This document shows positions 40,066 to 50,041 of a DNA stretch of 64,000 bases, one piece after another. The notes under the pieces were generated by a model. That model had not been told where the DNA came from. It did no database searches and saw nothing but the letters and a program-made list of their open reading frames with translations. The stretch is from Andalucia godoyi And28. Taxonomy: Eukaryota; Protista; Jakobida. The number at the start of each line of letters is the position of its first letter. Position 1 is the stretch's first letter. The position numbers were made by a program, and so were the translations under genes. The stretch lies in contig VRVR01000052.1 in assembly GCA_009859145.1 (NCBI GenBank), positions 124,001 through 188,000 of the forward strand, written 5' to 3'.

Positions 40066-42543
40066 CTATAGAGCGAGCCGTGAGAACTCTTCTGGGCGAA
40101 GCAGAAAACAAGAGGTGAGGTTGGTGGCACAGCTGGCGCCAAGCGAGTCAGCGATTCTTGAGAAGAGCTGGACATCCGTGTTGGACGCCAAGTCTCCGCG
40201 CAAGTAGATCACAGCCGAGCACCTGCCTTCCGCGACCTCGCGCAGGATCTGGAAAATGCCACCTTTTGGACCTTCGCCGCACTGGACCACAATTTTTCCG
40301 TACTCGCACTGCAGAAAATCGGCGACAAATCCGTACGTGCCCTTCGTGGACAGCACGCACTGAACGGACCGCATCCATTCTGCATTTTCTGCGTCTCTCA
40401 GAAAATCAAGCAGTTCGTTTTTCCGGGTTCCAATGGCGATAAGCGCGAGCGACCGGTCAGCAGGCACGCCCAGCGGGACTCGTGACGCTCGATCCCCCAC
40501 CATTCGATGTTGGAACTTCCGTCGTTTGTCCTCCAACAGCTGAGAAATCTCCGGCTTGGAAAGCATGCTTGCTGCATGGGAGCTGCCGCTTGCAAAGTGC
40601 GCAGCTGCAATGATAACGTCGGCAGGTGGCGCGCCGAATTGGATGCAGAATCGTCGAGCCATGGCGATGGAAGTTGCAAACGCGGTGTGGCAAAGATCGG
40701 TGTATTTTCGCAGAGCATCCTGCGTAAGTTGGGATACTGTAGAGTTTGCATCGTTCAGATGGAGAACAAAGCACAATTTGTGGTCCACAAGATCCGATAA
40801 AATCTGTGCAATGCCTCCGAGATGTGGCAGGAGCTGCACGCACGATTGCGGGACCAGCGAAGCAACCGCTGGTGGAAGATGTCGAAGCACAAAGGCACAT
40901 GTCGATCTCGGCATCATAATGCGATAGTGAGGAAGAAGAAGAGGCAAGTATCTTTCAAGAAACAAAAGGAGCTCCGAGTCCACAGCTGCCTTATCACTGC
41001 CGCTGCTGCTTGCCATCGAGTTCGACGCGGAGGCTGTTGGAGACTCGTATCCGAAGTACGGACTGCTCCCGACATTCGCATACTCGGAAGCAGTCTCTAT
41101 TGCTGAAAACAACAACGCTATCTGCGGTCGCTTGTCCATCACGGGCAACTGGTACTCTCTTGCACAGTATCTGGTAGTTTCCTGGGGTTGCTCGTACATC
41201 TCTTGTTGTTGTTGTTGTTGTTGTTGCTGTTGTTGTTGCTGTTGTTGTTGTTGTTGCTGCTGCTGCTGTTGGTGGATGTGGTGTGATTGGGTTTGGGGTT
41301 GGGGTTGTGGTTGTGGTGACTGGGTCTGATACTGCGATTGGACGGGATGCGGTGCATACTCAAGGGTAGAAGGGGACGCCCTTGAATCCAAGATGGTCAT
41401 GTCGTCTGGCACGGAAAGCAAAGGTGACAAAGTCTGCTGTGGCTGGGTCGATTTTTCATCCAATGTCGTCGCATAGCGGGAAAGATCAAATACATCTTCG
41501 TACGTACTCGGCTGCTGCTGTTGTTGTGGACGATGCTGCTGTTGATGCCATTGATCGAATATTGCACCGTGACCCACCGATCCTTGCAGAGGCGACGAAG
41601 ACGGTGCCACGGGCGCCGCCGACGGACGTGCCTGGGTCATTTGCTGTTCTCGGAGCATTTGCAGCTGTGTCTGAATCGAGGAGGGGTCCATTGCCGAGGC
41701 CACGGGTGCATCAAAGTACAATGGCGCAGCAAGCGGAGGTATGGCTGCAGGATTCCACTGCGCAGTCATCGCCATGAGCCTTACAACATCTGCTGCGGCC
41801 GCCGCGGACGACCCGGAACTCGCTGCCATATTCACGAGAGACACCGTGCGGTTCCACTCAAGGGGAAATCGCGGAATGGGAATCGGAGCATCGTCTTTCT
41901 GCCTTGATTTCCCCGACCGCTGCGTCTGAATGTTCAGCAAGGTCCGAGAAGGAACGGGAACAATGCACCGAGCCGCTGCAGCAAAGTGCCGAGAAGGAAC
42001 AGCCATCATATTCACATATCGCGTCGGAGGTTTTGCAGGTTCTGTTTCCCGGACTCGGATCGAGCCAATCCACACACATCCGCGACCGTACGCATCCGTG
42101 CGCCCAAGCGAAAGCGGCCGCTCACACACAAGCTCAAACTCTGGAACCACCACCGCAGCTCGGCTACCCGCACCAGCACCAGCACCAGCACCAGCACCAG
42201 CACCAGCACCGGTATTCGCCCTGTCAGCGTTATCCGTGCCGAGCGCAACGGTCGTAGATGAACCTCGGGGATCGACCGCGGCGAGGGAAAAATCGAGGCT
42301 CGAGTAAATCAGGTCTTGCGGGAGATGGGAAAGCAGTGCTCCGCGTTCATCGCGAAGAGACACGCGAACAGGAAGCGCTGTAAACGACTCATAAAGAACA
42401 CGCCCGCCTTTCCGCTCCACCCATTCCGTGGTGAATTCAACATCGAGCGCGGTTTCCGTGTGCAGATAATACAGACGAGAGGGCTGGTTGACGGAGCTCG
42501 AAGACGAAGATGCACTGATCAGCGGCACATATGGATCATTCAT
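40066..42543 (-). CDS. PolyQ protein with an N-terminal beta-rich domain and two degenerate methylglyoxal-synthase-like (MGS) domains
   Basis: 825-aa ATG ORF with a Q run. C-terminal LALIAIG...VLSTKGT...GPKGGIFQI...AEGRCSAVIYLR...CATN and an upstream copy IALLFS...LGGIAQI...KLCFVLHL...AFATS follow the MGS fold pattern. Confidence 0.65.
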   Translation of the reverse strand: MNDPYVPLISASSSSSSVNQPSRLYYLHTETALDVEFTTEWVERKGGRVLYESFTALPVRVSLRDERGALLSHLPQDLIYSSLDFSLAAVDPRGSSTTVALGTDNADRANTGAGAGAGAGAGAGAGSRAAVVVPEFELVCERPLSLGRTDAYGRGCVWIGSIRVRETEPAKPPTRYVNMMAVPSRHFAAAARCIVPVPSRTLLNIQTQRSGKSRQKDDAPIPIPRFPLEWNRTVSLVNMAASSGSSAAAAADVVRLMAMTAQWNPAAIPPLAAPLYFDAPVASAMDPSSIQTQLQMLREQQMTQARPSAAPVAPSSSPLQGSVGHGAIFDQWHQQQHRPQQQQQPSTYEDVFDLSRYATTLDEKSTQPQQTLSPLLSVPDDMTILDSRASPSTLEYAPHPVQSQYQTQSPQPQPQPQTQSHHIHQQQQQQQQQQQQQQQQQQQQQQQEMYEQPQETTRYCAREYQLPVMDKRPQIALLFSAIETASEYANVGSSPYFGYESPTASASNSMASSSGSDKAAVDSELLLFLERYLPLLLPHYRIMMPRSTCAFVLRHLPPAVASLVPQSCVQLLPHLGGIAQILSDLVDHKLCFVLHLNDANSTVSQLTQDALRKYTDLCHTAFATSIAMARRFCIQFGAPPADVIIAAAHFASGSSHAASMLSKPEISQLLEDKRRKFQHRMVGDRASRVPLGVPADRSLALIAIGTRKNELLDFLRDAENAEWMRSVQCVLSTKGTYGFVADFLQCEYGKIVVQCGEGPKGGIFQILREVAEGRCSAVIYLRGDLASNTDVQLFSRIADSLGASCATNLTSCFLLRPEEFSRLAL

Positions 42544-43065
42544 GAATCATGACACTTTCATAATGAACAAACACCAAACAAACAAACGAACAAAACAACA
42601 GGGAAGCCGTGAAACGAGTACATCGAGTCGCCAGGACATAGAACAATTGCAAAAAATATACTGGTGACGTGTCGCGGCGTTTTTGCCAAATCGAGCAGGA
42701 TTGAGAGTGTTTGATGTGGAGTAGAGACGTAGCAGATATGCTCATGAACAGAACGTGCCGATTGAAACGTTGGGATCGATGTCTAATGGCCTACCCCCTC
42801 TTGTTGACTGGCAGCACACCCCCTCCCGTTTGAAGAACTGCGGGAAAACATCACTCTTCCCCCGCCAGGTTCAATTCTGGCGGGTGCGAAAGAACACTGA
42901 CATTCCGTTGTTTCCTTCCGGCCGTTCAATTGTGAGTTCACAGATCCAGAGGTCGTGTCTCCGCTCTTCGTTTTTCGTTTTTTTCGTTTTTTCTTTTTTT
43001 CTTTTTCGTTCCTTCTCTTCTCCTTCTTTTTTATCCAAGGAAAGTTTCCAAATCACTAACCCAAG

Positions 43066-43518
43066 ATGGCCCGCACCAAGCAAACTGCCCGCAAGTCCAT
43101 GGGAGGCAAGGCCCCCCGCAAGCACCTTCTCGCCACCAAGGCCGCCCGCAAGTCGGCGCCCGCTGGTGGTGGAGTGAAGAAGCCCCATCGTTTCCGCCCC
43201 GGTACGGTTGCGCTGCGTGAGATCCGCCGCTACCAGAAGTCGACCGAGCTGCTGATCCGCAAGGCGCCGTTCCAGCGCCTCGTCCGTGAGATTGCCCAGC
43301 AGGCAGGCTCCGGCTCGTTCGGCGGACAGGGCGGAGACCTCCGCTTCCAGTCGGCCGCAATCGGCGCACTCCAGGAGGCCGCCGAGGCGTACCTCGTTGC
43401 GCTCTTCGAAGACACCAACCTGTGTGCAATCCACGCCCGCCGTGTCACCGTCATGCCCAAGGACATGCAGCTTGCACGCCGCATCCGTGGCGAGCGCGCA
43501 ACCGCCACTGCCCAGTAA
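43066..43518 (+). CDS. H3: Histone H3 variant, copy 2 (identical to copy 1)
   Basis: Nucleotide sequence read by eye as identical to 14180-14632. Confidence 0.97.
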   Translation: MARTKQTARKSMGGKAPRKHLLATKAARKSAPAGGGVKKPHRFRPGTVALREIRRYQKSTELLIRKAPFQRLVREIAQQAGSGSFGGQGGDLRFQSAAIGALQEAAEAYLVALFEDTNLCAIHARRVTVMPKDMQLARRIRGERATATAQ

Positions 43519-43820
43519 ATCGTCTTCTTCCTCCTTCCTGGCAGGAAGCAAGGCGACGAACTGGAATGCTGACGACGTTCGGCTCTCTTCCAGTTGGGTC
43601 TCGATTTTTTTAATTTTATTTTAACCAAAAATAATAGAAACACTCACATTTGGTGTCTATAGACACCACCACCACCACCACCACCTCCCATCCACTAACA
43701 TGTTCCTCTTCCTTCTCCCTCCTTGCATACATTCCCACCACTGTCTTATTGTTTTTGCTCTCTGTTTCAGCATCGCAGCGACAAACGGGAAAAAGTATGG
43801 GCCAATCGCATTTTTAAAAA

Positions 43821-46515
43821 TTATTCAGCAAGCAGTCGTTGAATGACGGGATGAACCGAGCTGGCCGCCTTGAGGCGCGGAATCAAAACGCTGGCGATCG
43901 ATCGTCGAAACAAGGTGACGTTGTCGAGCAGCAACGGAAGTGCCAATGCAACAGTGATTGTATCCTCGGCTGCGAGATGCAGAGACTCGAGATCCGACAG
44001 GATCGATGCGGCGAACGAAAACGAATGGTGGATAGCGTAGACCAGGGTGATGGACGATGCAATCTCAGAGATGCAAGGGTCGATGCGCGGTGAGTTCCGT
44101 GCATAGTCTCCGAGCAGCCATACGACCTTTTGCCACAAGTTGCGAGCATTTGAATGCCGCAGAACAAGCAGGCAACTCAGAATCCAGATTGAAATGCATG
44201 GACGCTCCGTAATCGCCTTCCACAAGTGAGAACTGGAAGGATGCGAACGAATGATTTGCTCGGAGCAAAGCATCTGTCTGTTCTCCTGGTTCACACCAAT
44301 ACGCTGCAGCAGCGCATCAAAAACATACTGCGCATGATCAGCATTGTTGTGCATCCGCGAGTACACCAGCAAGCAAAGGCGACGAGAGAACGCTCGAGCA
44401 GAAACTCCGGGATCGCGTGGAATTTGAAAGAGCGGCCTTAGATTTCCAGCCATTCGGAAGACCGTGGTCACATCGGTCGGGAAGAAACCAAGCGAGCATC
44501 CCAGCGAGCAAAACGGAAACCACACATCATCGGACTGAGGGTTCATCGGCCATAAGACGGAATCACCGACTGCAAGCCCCGAAAGGACAAACGTCAAGCC
44601 TGCCGGCGGCGACACAAGCACGATGCTCCCGATGGATGAAAACACGAAGTCCGCAAGAGAACTGATGGCCATTTCAAAAGGCACCGCACCAGACAAGAGA
44701 ATCTCCAAATTGTCCGTGCAAAAGCTCGAGGATGAAGACAAGAATGTGTTCGTCCCATTGAACCAATCCTCGAGAACCTGACATGCACATGCGCAGAGCA
44801 CCGCCTGCAGAACCCGTGAGAGATGGCTGACGCTGTTCACACGAGCAATCCATGCCTCGGAACCTGCAAGTGTCGCTGCGCGGAACACAAGAGATCCAAG
44901 GAGTGGAGACACCATGGCGAGTCTGCCTGCCCATGGATGAATACATAATCCTCGCAGGAATGCTTCCGCAGTCGTCACGCGGATACACGAGCTGCGCAAC
45001 GCCCGGTCAAACGGAGCGATCAGGACGTTGATGGGATACGAAAGGACCAACTCCATCAGAGCAAGAAACGCAGGAGAAGTGGGCAATGGATGGGTCACGG
45101 TATAGAGCTCGCAGAGGCGCCACGCCAAGCTTGCAAGCTCAAACAAGTCTGGTTTTTCAGACAGCCGCACGCCCTCCACGATGAGATGCATCTGAATGTC
45201 ATGAAGCCGTTCGGACGGATTGGTGGAGTCCACGGTCACAAAGGATTCCTGGGAAAAGCAGGTTCGAATGATGGGCTCGCGGAATGTGGGCGAAAACAGC
45301 ATTTCAAATCCTGGTTGCGACGCAGTTCGCGGAACGCGCAGACAGAGGCGCACAAGGTCCTTCCAAGACTCGGTATTCAACAACTGGTTCTTCCGAAAAT
45401 AGAAGGAGACCATGTCCAATGACAGCATCGATCCAGCATTTGGAGATTCCAAGCACAATTCTCGAAAGCCCCTGTCAAATGGGAAGAAGAAGCGAACCAC
45501 AATCCGCACGTCCGCGGCTGCATCGCTCGAGGATACGAGTAGCAACGCGAATACGGAGCGCCGGTCTGCAGGTACCGGCAACCTGCCAACAGTGGCCCGA
45601 AAGACAATTTCTGCGTCCGTGTCCGCATTGAGGTTCTGCAGCAGGTCTGCAACACGCCTTACGAGAAACGCGATGAACGACTCGGGGGCCTTTGCCAGCC
45701 AGTTCGACTTTCTCAAGGAGCCCAAGAACACAGAAACGACGGTCGCATACGTCTCTGGTAGCCTTCGTTTGCCTTTGATGCTTGCCGAAGAAAAGATGGT
45801 CAGCAGCAGGTTCTGCATCTCCTCCATCCCAGCCCGATAGTCATGCAGCACAGCCGCAAACAAGCAGCCAAGCTGCGCCTCAAAGTCCAGTGGATCCGAC
45901 GCAAGCCGGACGCCGACGTCCTGGGAGACATCTTGGTATGTCTGCTTCGTGAGCCTCACGAACCGCAGAATTGTAAAGCATATTCGCTGCTCGAGCGCAC
46001 GCACGACATTCGAGCTTCGTGCGGACGCCGCCGCCGGCCTTTTCTTTGCAATTGTAAAGTACAAGTGTACGATCCAAGGAAGGAAAATATCGACTTGGAT
46101 CCCGTAGACGCGCAGGAGACCCGGACAGCACGCACACTGAACAAGATCCAAGCTTGCAAGATACTTGTCCCTCACAAAACGACAAGTGCAGTCGCTTTCC
46201 CAGTTCGACGCATCAATCGCATTCCTACGCACAGCACCCCGCCAACCAAAACCAAATCCAAATCACAGACGTGCACACTTAGCATCGGGAAAAAAAAACC
46301 GTTAACGAAAAAAGACAGACCAAAGAAAAACAAAAAACAAAAAACCAACCAACAAACCAGCAACAACAACAACAACAACAACGTACGTACAATTCTTCTT
46401 CGATATCGCTTCGTTTTGCGCGCTCGACAATGCAGGACTCGAGCTTCTTGAGAACGCTTTTCAACGTTTGCTCGTCAAACGGGTCTGAACCAAGCAACGG
46501 AAGCAGAAAATCCAT
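43821..46515 (-). CDS. Large helical-repeat hypothetical protein, two exons (46515-46391, 46224-43821)
   Basis: The 803-aa ORF lacks an ATG. Upstream exon MDFLLPLLG...DIEEEL joins in frame (TT|G) through intron GTACGT...GTAG. Confidence 0.7.
46225..46390 (-). other. Spliceosomal intron (166 nt)
   Basis: GTACGT donor, CTAAG branch-like site, TAG acceptor, low-complexity TTG/T-rich interior; removal restores the frame. Confidence 0.75.
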
Positions 46516-46859
46516 CCAGCAGCCCAAACAGCAAAAACAACAAGTCGCAATAATGATTGTTATTTCACATCATTACCAACAGAGCAAAACAAAAAGATGT
46601 CGGAAAACAGTGAAAGCATTGAGAATGGAAACTGCTTGCCGCGACTGTAGTCGTTGGTGCGGGTAGCAGTGAAACGGACTGGAGGCCCGAACCCAAGGTC
46701 GTGTCTCCGTTCCCTGCATGCTGCTTTTCATTTTTCATTTTTCATTGGGCTGTTTTGTCATTTGGCATGCCTTTTGTCATTTGTATTGTACTGTATTTGT
46801 ATTTGTATTTTTTGTGTAATTGTTTTTTCCATCTTTAATTATTTTGAGAAAAGAGTACC

Positions 46860-49800
46860 ATGGAGCTTGAGAAGCTGGCGGTGAAGGCGCAGTCTTTGGG
46901 GCTGCCGGATGTGCGATCAGAGCCGTGCTTGTCCATCGCAGTGTCGTATCTTCCTGTTGTTTCTCCTGCAAATCCTGCACATTCTGCAGTTTCGATCGTA
47001 GAAACGAGTCTTACTTCTGCGACCGTCTCGGTATCGGGCTCGCCGTTTCACGTGTCCAAGGCGTTCGTGAGCAGAAGCCTTGATTTTTTGGATTCGCTGT
47101 TCAACTCAACCATACAGCCTATCGTCGGTGATGTCGAAAGCGGGTATTCGGCAAACATTGTGACGTTTGGCCAGCGGTTTTCAGGAAAGTCGACGCTGCT
47201 ATTCCACCCGACATCGGGGCTGCTGAAGCGCATTGCCTCCGTTTTTGAAGCGCATGGAACGAAATACGCGGTTTCGATATTTGAGTTTGATGATCGAAAC
47301 GAAGTCCGGGACTTGTTGGATGCCGACGGCGGAAATTCGGCTGGAAAGAAGCTGGTTGATTTTTCTGCGATCCGGGTCTGCAAAACAGAGAATTCGCAGG
47401 CGCTGTTTTCACTTGTGCAGTGCGCAATGGCATATCGAGCGCATCTAGCAGGCTGCGCGTCTTCCGGTGGAGACAGTCTCCCGCTCTCGAAGCCGTTGCT
47501 GGATGTCGTTTGTTCCAAAGAGCTGTTCTCGCATGTTGTGATCCGACTTGCGGTGCTCAGACCGCAAGGGAATTCATACCTGCACATTGTTGATTTGTGC
47601 GGAAACGCTCGTCAGTCGTCGCACCTCAGTGCAAAGACTGAAGAAGTGGCACGACAATCGAGTGTGAATCGCCAGCTGTTTTCAGTATCAAGAGTCTTGA
47701 ATGACCTCGCGCACAAGAAGAGCGTCATTCCCGCTCGGCGAGAAAGCAGAATTGCCTCGTTCTTGTGTGATGTTCTAAACTCGGACGATCAAGCCCAGCC
47801 GGATTCGCCACTTGCGCCTTCGCTGTTTCCTCGAAACTGCTTCTTATTTTGCTTGTTGAATGACGAGGAAAGCGTACAGGAAAGCATGTCAACTATGAGC
47901 TCAGCCCAGGCCTTGAAGTATTGGAAGACGGTGTTTGTCAAGGCGGAAAAAACGGCAGAGCTGTTCAAGACGCACCATCTTACACTTACGGGATGGGCAG
48001 ACGCGCAGAATGTTGTTTCGTCGTTTGAGGATTCTGTGATGAGCCGAAGGTCAGAGAGACAGAAGCTCAGCAAACAGAGCCAGAAGTTTGAACTGAAGCA
48101 CAGGGAAGAAATCGAGGCTGCGAAGCGGACGCGATCTTCGAAGGTCCAGAGCAGCAGCACAGCGTCTTCTGAGAAGGACAATGACGCGTCGGAGAGCATT
48201 CATGCAGCATCGGAGCAGACAAATGGCACATCAGCGTCTCGGGTAGCGCGGCATGGAAAGAGCCATCAAGCGCAACAGGAACGACAGACGCGGGAATTTG
48301 GCGATCAATACGAGGCCATTTCGAGAAACGAATATGAACACTTACTTCACAACGTGGATGCAAATGGCAAACAGGAGGATTTTGATAACTTGGCGGACAA
48401 GCTAATGGAGCCCGTATCGAGCAAAAAAGTCGCATCCAAAATTCGTCCTTCTTCTTCTTCTTCTTCTTCTTCTTCTTCTTCTTCTTCTTCTTCTACTGAT
48501 TCCGATAATGATTCTCCAGATCATGGAGCCTCCTCCAAAGGCGCCGAGGTGAAAAAGCGGAGCGACCATGTACAGTTTGAGGTGGAGCCCGCGGAGAGTG
48601 CGCAGCTCACGGTCGCAGATCGAAGGGAAATCCAGAGTTTGCGATATTCTGAACGAAATAATCTTCCACGGGGTCACCACAGCAGTTCCATTCCGTTGAC
48701 GTCTGCAGAAGTGTATTATCGATTGTCGGACCCCAGCATTTCCGAGCACCAGAAAGTGCTGGAAAAGGAAGTGGCACAGTATTCGCTGGAATTCTTGGAG
48801 AAGAACTACCAGACAATTGCGTCGTTGTATGAAGCGGAGAGAAAGAGACGCGAAGAGACAGAGGACGACATGAAAAGAATGAAGCGGGACGTGGAGGAAA
48901 TGCGTGCGAGTGCAGAGTACGAGATTGAGAAGGAGCGTGCGGAAGCACTCCGATGGAAGCATCGCGTTAAACAATTGCAAACAGAGACACGGTTTGCAGA
49001 AGTGTTTGAGGAATACGAACGGGAGATTGAAAGGCTGCAAAAGAAAGGCAGCCAAGTGGATCATTGCACCGAAGAGGAGTTGGAGGCAGAGCTCTTTGGA
49101 AACAAAAAGAGAGGAAGTACGAATGCTGCCTCGCGCGGGACCGGCGGAGGAGACAAGAGTCCTTCGAAATCCAAGAGTGAAGCGCCAAAGGATCCAAAAG
49201 GCGGATCCCACGTTCCGTCTCTTCTTGCGCAGATCGAGCGGTTGGAAGAGGAGAATGTACAGCTTCGAAAGAAGGACCGTCAGGTTGTTTTGCTTCGGAA
49301 ATACCTGGATGACTCAACTCAGAAAATTCATACGCTCATGCGAGAGTTGGAGAAGGCGCATGCTGCCTTGATTTGCAAGAATACCGAGCTGGTGAAGAAT
49401 GATTCGAAGAGCAGCCAGATCGAGGAGGAATACAAAGCAATCGAGCGCGAGAATGCCATTTTGCGCAGCGAAAACGATTTGCTGAGGGGCGACGTCGAGG
49501 AACTCAGAGTATTTTCCAAGAAACTGCGATCCGTTCGAAAGATGGAGGAGATGGTCGGAGTTCCGGAGCCGTCCAGCTTTCACAATCGATCTCACCAAAA
49601 GACCGGCGGGGTCGTGCCGAACAAGAGACCCGCATCCGCCGCTCCAGGGTCTTTCAACTCTGCGGCAAGCACGCATGCTTCGTCGATTCGGGACATTCAG
49701 CAAAAGGCTGCAGGACTTAGAAAACGTCTCTTCGACGGTGTACAGAAATTATCTCTCTTGTTCCCGCAGTCTGCAGATCGTGCAAAGCTTGTCTGGAATG

Positions 49801-50009
49801 AGCTGCAAGGCGCAGTTGAAGATGTTGAAACGGAGCTCTTTGAGTTTGCAGCTCGAGCGAAGGACGCCGTAGAGGTCGTGTTGACGCTCAAGCGGGAGCA
49901 CATGCTGGAAGATTCCGTCCGTGTGCCCTCCGACCGAGTCTTGGGAGTATCGAGACCGAAGAAGGACCAATCCCCTCCTCGTTCTTCATTGAAGTCACTT
50001 AACAAGTGA
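46860..50009 (+). CDS. Highly divergent kinesin-like protein with C-terminal coiled coil
   Basis: IVTFGQRFSGKS (P-loop), LHIVDLCGN (switch II), VNRQLFSVSRVL and IPARRESRI (microtubule binding); long coiled coil. Confidence 0.75.
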   Translation: MELEKLAVKAQSLGLPDVRSEPCLSIAVSYLPVVSPANPAHSAVSIVETSLTSATVSVSGSPFHVSKAFVSRSLDFLDSLFNSTIQPIVGDVESGYSANIVTFGQRFSGKSTLLFHPTSGLLKRIASVFEAHGTKYAVSIFEFDDRNEVRDLLDADGGNSAGKKLVDFSAIRVCKTENSQALFSLVQCAMAYRAHLAGCASSGGDSLPLSKPLLDVVCSKELFSHVVIRLAVLRPQGNSYLHIVDLCGNARQSSHLSAKTEEVARQSSVNRQLFSVSRVLNDLAHKKSVIPARRESRIASFLCDVLNSDDQAQPDSPLAPSLFPRNCFLFCLLNDEESVQESMSTMSSAQALKYWKTVFVKAEKTAELFKTHHLTLTGWADAQNVVSSFEDSVMSRRSERQKLSKQSQKFELKHREEIEAAKRTRSSKVQSSSTASSEKDNDASESIHAASEQTNGTSASRVARHGKSHQAQQERQTREFGDQYEAISRNEYEHLLHNVDANGKQEDFDNLADKLMEPVSSKKVASKIRPSSSSSSSSSSSSSSSTDSDNDSPDHGASSKGAEVKKRSDHVQFEVEPAESAQLTVADRREIQSLRYSERNNLPRGHHSSSIPLTSAEVYYRLSDPSISEHQKVLEKEVAQYSLEFLEKNYQTIASLYEAERKRREETEDDMKRMKRDVEEMRASAEYEIEKERAEALRWKHRVKQLQTETRFAEVFEEYEREIERLQKKGSQVDHCTEEELEAELFGNKKRGSTNAASRGTGGGDKSPSKSKSEAPKDPKGGSHVPSLLAQIERLEEENVQLRKKDRQVVLLRKYLDDSTQKIHTLMRELEKAHAALICKNTELVKNDSKSSQIEEEYKAIERENAILRSENDLLRGDVEELRVFSKKLRSVRKMEEMVGVPEPSSFHNRSHQKTGGVVPNKRPASAAPGSFNSAASTHASSIRDIQQKAAGLRKRLFDGVQKLSLLFPQSADRAKLVWNELQGAVEDVETELFEFAARAKDAVEVVLTLKREHMLEDSVRVPSDRVLGVSRPKKDQSPPRSSLKSLNK

Positions 50010-50041
50010 ATCCGGTTTATTGCGATTTTCTTCCTCCTCCT

